A stretch of DNA of 64,000 nucleotides, taken from NCBI RefSeq assembly GCF_000181795.1, contig NW_003526945.1, forward strand, positions 955,766 through 1,019,765. Reading direction: 5' to 3'. Both the position numbers and the translations under genes were made by a program. This stretch comes from Trichinella spiralis (taxonomy: Eukaryota). Positions 26,562-38,718 of the stretch are shown piece after piece. Every line of letters begins with the position of its first letter. Position 1 is the stretch's first letter. The notes beneath the pieces were generated by a model. That model was not told the DNA's origin. It searched no databases and was given only the letters and a program-made list of their open reading frames with translations.

Positions 26562-29500
26562 CTGAATGAACCACAAGAGTAATAAATAAATAAATTAATA
26601 ATTTGAAAAGAATATTATAAAGAAAAATAAAGAGCAAATGATGTCTGGCACGAGCGCTTACTTAACTGGCTAAGGTCAACAATGCGAATGAAATCGATCG
26701 TAGCTTCTGTCAATAAACGTCTACCAGATGTGGTCAACGTAGTGACCAAAGCACCAATGCCAGCAAACGAGCTCGCCCTGCAATACAACATCATTTGAAA
26801 ATCTTTACAATGAAAACGAAAAGCAGCAATAACAACAACAACAACAACGATGACGACGAGAAGAAGCAAAGAATGCTTTCAAATAACAACCGCCTGCAAC
26901 GAACATCACGTTCAATAATAATTATAATATAATTATATAATCATGAAAATAGTGATAGTTTTTCAAGAATACGTTGAACGTTGAAATTTTGCTTGAATCC
27001 ATCAAAATTGCTGCATCAGCATCGTAAACAACACTTTTATAAATAACAACGTTGATGATGCTGATAAAAGAAGCAAATTTGAAAACGTATTTTATGCAAC
27101 CAAATGGTGCAGCAGTTGATTTTGCCGTTGTGATTTTTCAATTCTCTCAAATTATCCTAGTCGAATATTTTCCCATCCTTGCAAACGTCACCATGCCCAC
27201 TTTTATACACAATATCTTCTCTCGAAAACACGGTTGATCGTCTCTCCTTGTTCTTATATTATTACTGACTGCGTACACACACACACACACAGAGATTGAT
27301 CAAATTAGTCTTATTACTAATATCACCACCACACTACAACTATTATTACTGCTGCTGCTGCTGCTGCTGCTGTGGGTCAAGGTTGAACTCCTGATTTTGC
27401 ATCGGTAAAATATTGAAAAAGGTGCAAACGACCTCGATAATTTATTTCAACCAGCAATTTTCCACCCGAACCGGCTGACACCATCCAATTGACGTTGTAT
27501 GCAAGTGCAACGCTGCAACAAGTGTCGAATTGTAAAACAAAGAATGCAGCAACATTTGGAGCGTTGAATAATTTCCTACAACCACCACCAACACCATCAT
27601 CGTGTAACCGTTCGACCAACTATCCCGCAACCACAACCACACTTTTGTCGAAACTTGTCACATCAACCTGCACGACTACTTTCAATACAATCGAACTGTA
27701 AAGTAAAATCTGATTTACAGGTTACTTGAAATATAAACAAAATATCATTTCCAAAAATATGCATAAAATTCTCTTCAATTTTGCCGAACACTAACTGATT
27801 TGCTTGGAATTGATATATACAAGCCAAAGAAGAACAAGTTGAAACAACAATTTCAAATTTCTTCATTCCCACTTTGAATTCAATGCAATTTTCAACCTTC
27901 AAAGCAAAGTAAACATACTGACGTTGTGCAATCAGATGTTGTTTGCATATCAGTATAACTGTGTGTGTGATACGTGCAATAGATATTTGTTGATAGAGAA
28001 GCAATAAAAGCTGGAATTGAATTGCAAGCTTGAACATGAAAATCATGAGTTGGTGTTCACAATTTTGACGATGCAGTGCACGTGGATTGGAAGTAGAGGG
28101 GGGGGGTGGATGGGTGGGTGTGTAGGGACGTGTGTGGGGTGGGGGGGGACTCACACGCGCACACAAATGTCAAATTTACTACGACAATTTATGCTTCATG
28201 CTTGTTCGTGTTTGTACAAAATTGAATGGAAAAACAATTGCCCGAGTTGAAGCTATTGTTATTTGTACTTGCTTGATTTGCAAGAATGAATAGAAAAAGT
28301 GAAAATCAATTTTGCTAAACTAGTACAGCAACTATACACTTGTTTATGTTAATTTAAATGTTATACTTATTTTTTTTACAAATATTATTCACTTTATTCT
28401 GTCGATCAAATTAAATGCAATTTGTGATTACAATTTTACAAAAAGAAAAATATATACAGATTTATATATATCATAAGACACTTGAAAATAATTTGAATTG
28501 TTTGACTATTTTACAGTAAGATGTATGAATTTATTTAACATTTTTCAAATGGAAAAAGCTAAATTGGCAACTTTAAATGAACAATGATGCATTGTTGTTG
28601 TATTACGATTTGATATTGGTTTTTAATAATTATAATATTTCTACAAATTCCAATGGTTTGCAATATTGGTGAGTGATCAATTTACACCTGCTTGATCGAA
28701 CTATATATATATTTTTTTTTCTTTGATTTCAAATCAGTATATACAACTATGAATAACTGGTAAAATTATTCATTCATACTTGATGAACAACTATTTCAAT
28801 TATTTCAAATACTGAAATTCCATTAATGTCAGCTAAAAAATATTAATGGCTATTTCTTTTTTTTTGTTACATTTAACTTCGGTGTACCATTTGCGATGAC
28901 GAATCAAAGTTGTAAATTGCATTTAAAACGAGTTTCTCTCTCTTCTCAATTGTCAGTTTGGTTATAAGTTTGTGTGATTTCCGCTTTGAGCAACTAAACT
29001 AAACGAGTTTCAGTTTTACATTGTGATGATAGTTCAATATACTTTTTTCCCAATTTTCAAAGCATATTTCAACTCTGAATATTCTTCGGGTTATTTTTGA
29101 ATTGACTTTTGCAAGGTTGCTTTGAAAAGATTCACTTCAATTCACGTGCTCAGTTCAATCCAATTTCTTAAAAATACAAAACACACTACAAGTATATTAA
29201 ACTACATTTATACGTCAAATAGCATTTTATTTTTACGCAATCATATATTTGGACAATTCACAGTTCAAGTTGACATGGAGGATTTAATTTTGATTTCTGT
29301 ATTTCATCCTGGCAATTTTCCACAAGACATTTTTCGTTTACAAAAGAAAACCAAAAAGGAAAGCCCACGTTTCTTTGTTTCATATTGCATCATATTTTTT
29401 TCTTTCATTTATGAATCAATTAGCCTTTGAAAACATTGATTTCGAACAATCAACTTTCGATTCAATTGAAATATGCGAACATTTTTGTAACTCTTTTGAC

Positions 29501-29603
29501 TGTGAGAATTTTCACATTTTTACCGTAACGTTGATTTGCAGGGATGACAGTTTGGTCAGTTCGTATAGATGAATGGCTCTGCTTTTACTGTTAACCGATT
29601 GCG

Positions 29604-30824
29604 ATGATTGATGATAATTTGATGTCTGATTTAGGTCTGGTTATTCCTGCAGAATTGGCACAACATTTCATCCCCAAGTTGAAAGAACTCGGCTACCTCA
29701 CCAAAGCACTGTGGACTCCGGATGCAGCTTGGACGATACAAGTTGCGGCGGACTGTGAAGTGCCTTTCGCAGCTTCAGAATCGGACGAAGTTCTTTTACG
29801 CAAAGATGTGCAGTTGGTGTTGATTATCGGATGTCCGGTTATCAGTGCTCAGATTAGCATCAAAGCTTTGGGAATTGGCAAGCACGTGATTTGCGACATT
29901 CCAGCTTCTTTGAATTCCACTCAAACAATTCGAATGGTTCAAGCGGCGGATTATTATCCACAATTAATTGCTTTGGTAGGTTTCGGCATGCGACATTTGG
30001 AAATATTTCAAAAAATGCGACAACTTCTTCAACAACTCGCCATTGGTCGGTTGTTGCTTTTTGAAGTTGTAGTGCGCTTTGAAGGGTTTCAGTGTAGAAG
30101 ATACAATTGGAAATTTGATCAACTTTCTGGAGGTGGCATTCTCAATTTGGTGGGCAATCACATAGTGGATTTGATTTGTTTTTTGGTTGGCAAAAGAGCT
30201 TTCAGTGTGCAGGGTGTGGTGCAAAATTTACCGGTGAAACTGCCGGTACAGGACGATTCAGAGCCCAAATCGGCGGCGGATCTCAGTGGAAATTTGGACG
30301 ACGATGATTTTCGCAAAATGAGCGCCGACAATTATTCATCTTTCATAATGCATTTCGAAGGCGGTTTGCACGCATCGGTCAGCCTGAGCGCGTTGGGTAC
30401 GCCGAATTTTATTTATCAATTTCTCTGCTGGGGTACCCACGGACAACTGATTGTGGAAAATTGTAAGCTTTATTTGGTTCGATTCACTCCGCAAGGTCCT
30501 GTCAAAGAATTAATCCTCACTGATCCGCACGGAGCTTTATCGAACGCGTCGGTCGGTGATTCGTTCGGCTATCCGAATAAATCGCTGACCAGACTGCATC
30601 AGTTGACGTTGCAAAATACGCTGCAAGCTCTCAGCAAACCACTGTCCACGTTGCTTTTTCCAAATGCTGACGTTCTGTCGGTCAAATCGAAGCAGAACAG
30701 CCTAAACAGCGCTGCATCTTTTGAAGATGCACTGTACGTTAGCAACGTTTTGGACGCGCTTCGTATATCGAGCTTACGCGGTGAAGAGACTGCAATTCAG
30801 TTTACACCAACAAAATCCACGTAA
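29604..30824 (+). CDS. GFOD1: Glucose-fructose oxidoreductase domain-containing protein (GFOD1/2-like, Gfo/Idh/MocA family), single exon
   Basis: 406-aa uninterrupted ORF with GFOD-type motifs KALW, DEVLLRKDVQLV, IKALGIGKHVICD, YYPQL, YNWKFDQLSGGGIL, DLICFLVG and AASFEDALYVSNVLDALRISS. Confidence 0.88.
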   Translation: MIDDNLMSDLGLVIPAELAQHFIPKLKELGYLTKALWTPDAAWTIQVAADCEVPFAASESDEVLLRKDVQLVLIIGCPVISAQISIKALGIGKHVICDIPASLNSTQTIRMVQAADYYPQLIALVGFGMRHLEIFQKMRQLLQQLAIGRLLLFEVVVRFEGFQCRRYNWKFDQLSGGGILNLVGNHIVDLICFLVGKRAFSVQGVVQNLPVKLPVQDDSEPKSAADLSGNLDDDDFRKMSADNYSSFIMHFEGGLHASVSLSALGTPNFIYQFLCWGTHGQLIVENCKLYLVRFTPQGPVKELILTDPHGALSNASVGDSFGYPNKSLTRLHQLTLQNTLQALSKPLSTLLFPNADVLSVKSKQNSLNSAASFEDALYVSNVLDALRISSLRGEETAIQFTPTKST

Positions 30825-32993
30825 ACCTTCTTTTTTCGCTTGTTGCTTTGTTCCATTTTTCCTGAACATTTCCTGAAATTGCAATTACACATTGCATACA
30901 GTATCTATCATCTGTTGTTCATTTGAATCTATTTGATTTCGATTGCTTTAATGGGTTGTGTTGCACTCTGCAACCAGTGACACTCTAAAAATAGAATAAT
31001 CGACGACGAGCTTATGGTCATTTTTCATTTTAAAAATATTATTTCAATTAAATTGAAATAATTTTTCGAATTGAATTATTATTATTATTAAATGTTATGT
31101 AAAAAAATGGCATATTTCTTGCGTTCATCAAAACATATACTATTTCTTCTCAACAAACAGCAACTTCATTACTTGGAAATAGGATTGTAGAGAATTCGTA
31201 AAAATATCCATTTGTTATTGTGCAAACAAGCAGCATGCTGACAGCATCATAATACGTTGGGCAGAAGCTGAAAGAATAATTCCCATTCAATTTTATTATT
31301 CAACAGACAACCAACCAACTGCAAATGTTTGAACTGAAAACAAAATAAAGAAAAAATACCGCAAACTTTTAACGATTTGAAGTTAAATTTGTTCCATCAC
31401 ATCCACATAAATTGTGCAAAATTGGAAAAGGACGAATTAAAACGAATAAATGACATTGTACTAATTCGAGCGTGTTAGAAAATGCAGAGAGCTTCGGTCA
31501 ATCAATTCAAGAAGAAATGCAGTTGTTATACAATGTTCGTTGAGCAAATTATTTTAAAATTTGCAGACAGAATTGAAAATTGAACAAATTACTAATTTAA
31601 TAAACAATTCTGAAACTACAGTCTACGCAAATTCTACGGATGATAGTGAAGTTTAAAAAAAGATGAAGAAAAAATGTTCATAATAAGATTAGCAAAATGT
31701 GTAAAAATATTAAATTTATTATTTTAATAATTATTAATTATTATGGCAAAATAAATGAATCACTGATCAAAAACAACAACAACAACAACAATAGCAGAAT
31801 AGCAATTTAAAATACCGTAATGCATATTCATTATATAATATACGGTAGTATATAATATACGGTAGTAGAATTGTTAAAAATATTTAAATTTCCAATATAT
31901 TTGACCTTTTATAATAAATAATAATAAAAGAGAGAAAGAATTATTAATATATTTGGAAAAGGAAAGGGGCTTTCAACAAATTACATACAAGCAAAACCCA
32001 TCAGAGGGATTAATGAGCAATTCCAATGTCGAGCGTCTAGATTAAAGTCACATTAGAGAGTTGTTTATTTAAGAAAAATACTTTCTTTTTTGCCAAACAA
32101 CAGTTGCTGTTCATCGTGCTAATATTATTCCAGTTGAAGAAGTGATAAGCTGAATGTTATCGACAATCGATGCCATCTGACCATAAATTTGCCGTGGAAG
32201 TATGCAACAATGGCGTCGGCTAACTTTGCTAATTGAACTGAATTTTTACACTGAGCCTGAAAATAATGTTTCATTTTCACAGTTTTATTAAAATTAAAAT
32301 CATTGCTATTATTATTATTAGTAGTAGTATTATTATCATTCGAAAGGTTTGTCGTGTAAAAATTTTCAATATTCATATAAATGTTGGTTGTATTCTTCAA
32401 TAATAATTTCCTTTTTCCAAATTCAAATTTTTTACTTTCTGACCACTATTGGTAAATATGCAAGCTATTTTGAATAAAAATTCAGTCAGCAAGTCTGTCT
32501 CTCTCTCTCCTTCTCTGTGTGTATGTATGCGACTTTTAGCAAAAAGGCACTGCTACTAAACGATCAACGAGCATTCTACTGGACCAATGATGATGATGTG
32601 ATAAATTTTATCCACAATCAATACCGACGCCCATTAAAGTAATTCTGCACTTCCAAGTTCTGCATTGCTGTCAATTGAGATCGATAATTTGTCCCCCCAC
32701 CTCCTCCTCTTATTTTCAATATGACTCATCGAAATGCCAGAAAATAAATAGCAAAGCAAGCAGATAGTGCGCATACGTGCAAATTTACGCGCATATTTGC
32801 TGCAATAGGAGATAGCTGTGTCGTTGAGCTCGGCAGCAAAAGCCTCAGCTAACAACAAACAGTGTGTGCAACTGCATATTTATTCAACCAAAACGCAGCA
32901 TTTGAAATTGGCTTGTTTGGAAAATATTTCCAATTGAAAAACAATCGCGCATTTCTGATTATTATCATAAAACAGCAGCTGTCTTAAAGTAGT

Positions 32994-34456
32994 ATGGAAT
33001 TTTTGAATGGTAAGTTCGCATTTACATTTACTGAAACAAAAAGAAAAGAAACAAAATACAAATTTCATTTTTAATTGATATGGATATTATTCAACAGCTT
33101 ATCTTTTTCTTTTAAATGGATTATTGAAAAGAAAAATTATTCGACATTTTCTTTGCAAATGAGCAACAACAACAACAAGCAAACTTTTTTTTCTCTGCTT
33201 TAACAAATCTTATTCAAGCGCAATCACAATTAATTAATTAATCAATTTCACTTATTTACTTACTGATTTCTATTCGCTATCAGAACATTTTCCCTTAAAG
33301 CATTTTCGGATATAATTCGGCATAAATTTGCATAATTGAATAACAGTTGGTTGAAGAAAGAAAATGCTCGAATATGTAGTTAAAAAATATGTTGCTACTG
33401 AACAAAATGAAGAATAATTAATCATCAGTGATTTTAAAAGTTGTGAAGGAGAAACATTTTCAATTTTTCACCAGTATAAAGAAAAAAATACATAAAGTAT
33501 GCATAAGTTGAAAATATGCTGTATACGCTAATAGTATTGTTTTAATAAATGTACAAATAATTATCGAATCAATTTTGGAGATGAATTTTCAAAAGGGGAA
33601 CAACTAACTGAGCCCTATTCTTCTCTCTCTAGCTGTTCAGTGTGGCAACTTTACCCGATGAAAATGCGCCTCTTGGTCGACAAGTGATTGAAAAGTTGAG
33701 GAAATGCATAGAAAGCAAGTGGAACAGATGGGATCAATAAAATTCAGAAACAAACATTAAAACATCATAATATTTGCTTAAGAATATTATTTTAAAGCCA
33801 ACGGCTTTTCTGAAAAGAATACCATAAACCTCTCTCTCCCCATATATATATATATATATATATATATACGGTAAAACAGATTCCACCAACCGTTTAACAA
33901 GAACAATATAAAAAAATAATATAAGAACATCATACTATCAACTTTATTTAATTCATTAATGAAGAAGAATATTGTAAAATTTGAAAAATGTTGTAAAGAA
34001 GAACTTCCAATTGTTCTGTTTTTGTTCATCACCAATTTAACAGATTATCAGCAGAAAAAAACAATAGATAATAGAATAGAATAGAAAATAATAGCTAAAT
34101 TTTCTTTGTCTTGCCAAAAGAAATATTCTAAACGGTTGTTTTATGGTACTTTTGTTGTTGCTTACTGTTTACATTTGCTTTTTTACCAAATATTGCAAGG
34201 AAAGCGTAAAATATTTAAAATACAATTATTAAGCATTGATTTTCACCGAGTAAATTTAACGCACACTAGCTGACAATTGTGCGACAAAAAAAATGCAAAA
34301 TGTCAATGCAAAGTTATTATCATACGAGAAAATTCAATTATCACAGCGGGCAAAATTTTCCAACTGAACACCGCCCATGAGAACAGACAGACAGACTGAC
34401 TGACTGATTGACAAAAAGCTAGCTCATTTATACATGTATGCATGCATGTTACAAGT

Positions 34457-34491
<35 letters not shown>

Positions 34492-37090
34492 GTTCCCCCA
34501 TTTATTCCTTGGCATTTAATTAAAAAAAAAATATATATATATAATGAATCTTCATTTATAGCAACCATGTGCTATTATTTATTATTCCACTTTTAAAAGA
34601 AATACTTCACGTCAAATCATGATGGAAATAAATTGTTCAACTGCAATTTTGTTTAATTAAAATACGCAAAATGTTCAATTTATTCATCTGTGATAATTTC
34701 TGCAACAACTATAAATAGATTATATATGGAACAGCTTCTGTTTGTTTGCTTTTAAAAAATGAATTATTATTTAATAAAAAAAATAAAAACTACAAAAAAA
34801 TTAGCTTATTTGAAATTGCATTTCAGGTTTGAAACAGACTTTGAAAATTGACGAAGTGACCAGTGGTGTAGCGTCAAAGTTGAACACAGCGAAGGATTTT
34901 GTCCAACACCAACAACAAACGCTAAGTGAACTCGGAGCTGTAAAGACAGTAAAAGAACGCGTCGGTTCACTGGTGCCAACCCAGTTGCAAAATTTAAAAT
35001 TAAACTATTTCAGTAAGTATATAATTTTAATAATTTTAATATTAATATTACTACATGAGAAATAACTATTTTACGAAAATAGTTGCAATACTACACGAAA
35101 AAGCTTTTAAAATTTTTATGAAAAGTATAATTTTTACACACATACACACACTAATAATATTTTGTAAAGCGATAAAAAATTCTGCAATACAGTAAACATA
35201 ATCGTACTATTTTCATCTTTTAAAATTCGATTCCACATTTACGTTCGCATCATCTAAATTTTTCCATAAATATCACATGCATTTTTTTTCTTTTTGGTTA
35301 AAACAATTCTTCAAATAAAAATTGATGATATTAAAATGCACAGTCTCCTCCCCGTTTTACAGCAATAAAAAGGAAACGTTGAAATGCACGGCTAATTTCA
35401 CGCTAAAATGATAAAATAAAAAAATCCACTTTATAAAAATTCAGTTCCATACGTCATTAAGTATTATGCATGCAATGTGCATTTCATGTCAGCATTGTGC
35501 ATTCCTGCTTTCTCAATCATAATCAGCGAGCTAATTATTTGAAATCGATATGTTATTCACAGCTTGAAAACACACATATATGTATGTGTATACATATTTA
35601 TATTTACTCATTTATACTGATGGATAACTATGACTGGAAAGTATGACTGCATTAATTTATTAACAGATATGAAAGCTATAAGCCTAACAAATGCAATCTT
35701 TTATTATTATCGAAAACGTCAACGTGAATTATTTATTACAAATCACTTAGCTTTAAATACTAATGGTGAAAATTTAAAAGTTTCAATTTTTATTAATACA
35801 AAAAATTCTTGTATAAAAATAAGTTAAAGTCAACTTCCGTAGATAATAGAAAACAAGTGTGCACAACATCTTCAAGCTCATTAACATGGAAACATTCTAC
35901 TAAAGTACGTGTTTCGAGTAATGCGAAAAGCAAAACGTGCTTCATTTAGTTAAATGTATGCATGTTCAGAAAATAATAACTACATTTGTTTTATGATTTA
36001 TTATTAAAATTATAAACTATTTAGTAAATGAATTGCTTTGCGCACAGACAAATATCATTTACTTTATTGCTACATTAAAAATTCATTAACTAAATGTTTA
36101 TTAAGTGTTCACTTGTAGATTATATATATATATATACTATTGGTCAAATATGCTTTTGAAGAGGCTTGATATTAATTGAATAAATATACATTTCAAATTG
36201 TATTTCTAACTTCTTAATTGATTTTCTTCGCGTGATTGGTCAGACAAGATCAGTATGACAAAACGGCCAGCAGACTCGTCTCCATAGCTACTACCTGCGT
36301 GTTCATGCTCATAATATTCATTTTCATACTTTCAAATATTTGCTAAAAACTGTCATCAAAAAAGTCATACAGATGTTCCGTAATTTTGCGGCGATTAAAA
36401 ATGGTGAGGGAATATTTATATAAAGCAGACTTTCAGCACAATATTATTTTTAAAAAATCTAATTAATGAGATGTTTTTTTTGAAATGAAATTTATTCAGG
36501 TCCAGGAAGTTGGACAAAATATTTTCCAGCAGCTAAGGGAAATCGTCAATCACCGATCGATATCTGCGCTTCTCAAGCTCAGTTCGACGAACAGTTAGGT
36601 GATGGCAATTTTCAGTTAAATTATTTCTCTGAAGATTGCCTTGAAGTAAGGAATGTTGGAACAACGTGGAAAATAATCGTTTCTCCAAATGGAAAATCTT
36701 GTAAGAAAATGCATCACTTTAGGAGAAACAGGATAAAATTGACCCTGACTTTAGCACTTTCTGCTGTGCATTTACCGGCAACTTATATTTTAACTCAAAT
36801 TCACTGTCACTGGGGAACGGAACCAATGAATGGCTCTGAGCATGTTATTGGAGGTGTTGGCTATGCTGGTGAGGTGAGTAAATATTTAGATTAAAAAAAA
36901 GAGAAATTTATCCGATGATAATATAATCATATTTATTTTCACATTTACAGATACATATTGTTCACAGAAATGCCAACTATTCTACTTTCGAAGAAGCATG
37001 CAAACATTCAGACGGTATTGCAGTTGTTGCAGTGTTTCTCAATGTAAATTGTTTTTTTCCCCACCATCACATGCATTCAAATATATATGA

Positions 37091-37150
<60 letters not shown>

Positions 37151-37867
37151 TTTATAAATTATACAATTTGCAATTATTTAAGGAATCGTTGGATGATAAT
37201 TTAGCACTAGAACCGCTTGTTCAAATGATATCAAAAATTCAATTCAAAAATGAATCGGTCACATTTCCACAAGGTTTTGATATAAAATGTTTAATTCCAG
37301 GTAAGTAAATACATCGCTTCATAAATAGAGCTGATTCATCTGTTTGCTTTACATTAACGATATATTTATTGCGAAGAATGCGCTATATTACATTATCCCG
37401 CTGTGAATGAAATGAAAATGTATTCGATAAATTTATCGAATTAAATGAAAATATGAACATCAAAAGTATTCTGGCAGATAAATTGCAGGGAAAATAAATT
37501 TAGATAAACGTGAATTTTGGACTTATGAAGGATCATTGACCACACCTCCTTGTTGTGAATGCGTTTTGTGGACCGTATTTCGGGCTGCAATACCAATTTC
37601 TAGTAGACAGGTAATTTTTCTCATAATATCCAGCATAATTATCACCACTAATACTAGCAATTAATTACAGGCATTGTTTTCTGGCATTCTAATTACAATT
37701 ACTGATTAAATTTTCAGCTGGAAGTTTTTCGATCACTTTACGCAGTACCAGTGGAAGATTCTGAGCGCAATCCGATGCGACTAATAAACAACATCCGACC
37801 AGTTCAAGCAGTAAATAGTCGAATCGTTCGAGCTTCCTTCCGCGCCGGTGGACTTTGCACTACCTGA
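32994..37867 (+). CDS. cah-3: Alpha-class carbonic anhydrase, nematode cah-3-like
   Basis: Catalytic exons 36500-36700 (WTKYFPAAKGNRQSPIDI), 36755-36873 (QIHCHWGTEPMNGSEHVIGGVGYAGE), 36951-37043 (IHIVHRN), 37183-37300, 37504-37610 (YEGSLTTPPCCECVLW) and 37718-37867 (NNIRPVQAVNSRIVRASF..stop). All three Zn-binding His residues are present. The phase-compatible upstream exons 32994-33009 (MEFLN) and 34827-35012 are less certain. Confidence 0.85.
37095..37150. repeat. Compound (AT)n(GT)n microsatellite in a carbonic anhydrase intron
   Basis: Directly visible dinucleotide runs. Confidence 0.9.
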
Positions 37868-38718
37868 GCGACGTATAATTTCACTCATTTGCATTCAGCA
37901 AATGAACTATTTTATTCAGTAAAAAAATTTTCAGGCATCGACATTTTAAAATCAATACGCATAACTGGATAATTGGCAAATTTACAGCCGTTCTGTTCGT
38001 CCCATGTCTTATTTTGCTTTTCAAATTTTATTTCAACTGTATTGTACTGTATTGTATTGTGTGCAGTGATTTGCTTAAATTCAAAACATTAGTATGATGA
38101 AAAGCAAAATTTCAGATGCGCTATTGTACCGTGATTTGAAGTAGTAGTAATATTCGATTTTTGATAGTTGTTCCAGTTGAATGTTATTAGTAAAATTTTT
38201 GATGAATATCAATAATCTGCCTAAGCTTTTTGCTTGTCGGCAAAACTCAAGTTGGTGATTGAAGAAAGTGCAATTATAATACGTAAAAAAATTTATACTC
38301 AAATGCCAAGCAATATACATATATAATTACATCATCAATTTATGTGGAATTTTTATCCATTACAATATTCAATACATGCAATAAATGTAAAAAGTTAATA
38401 ATAGCAAAAATTAAAAACAATTTATAAATTAAGTTCAACAAATAATTTCTTTATAAAGTAGAACGATGCTTAATTCTTTGACATGACAATGATTTTTTAC
38501 ACACACCTTCCACAAACTGTCACCAATAATTAAATTATTAAACAAACAACGTAGATGGATATGTGAACCATTTTTTTTCTACTACAAACGTCTAATTAAT
38601 TCTATTTATTATTATTATTATTATTATTCATTGTGATTTTTATGCAGTATCGTAATAAAAAAATAGAAGAAGAATATAAATTTGCATTGAAATTGTTACA
38701 AAAACAATTTTTACTTAC

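Noticed and set aside
31150..31267. Possible minus-strand terminal exon (FCPTYYDAV..VAVC*) after a tttcag acceptor
   Set aside because: I found no compatible upstream coding exon and no recognisable homology.
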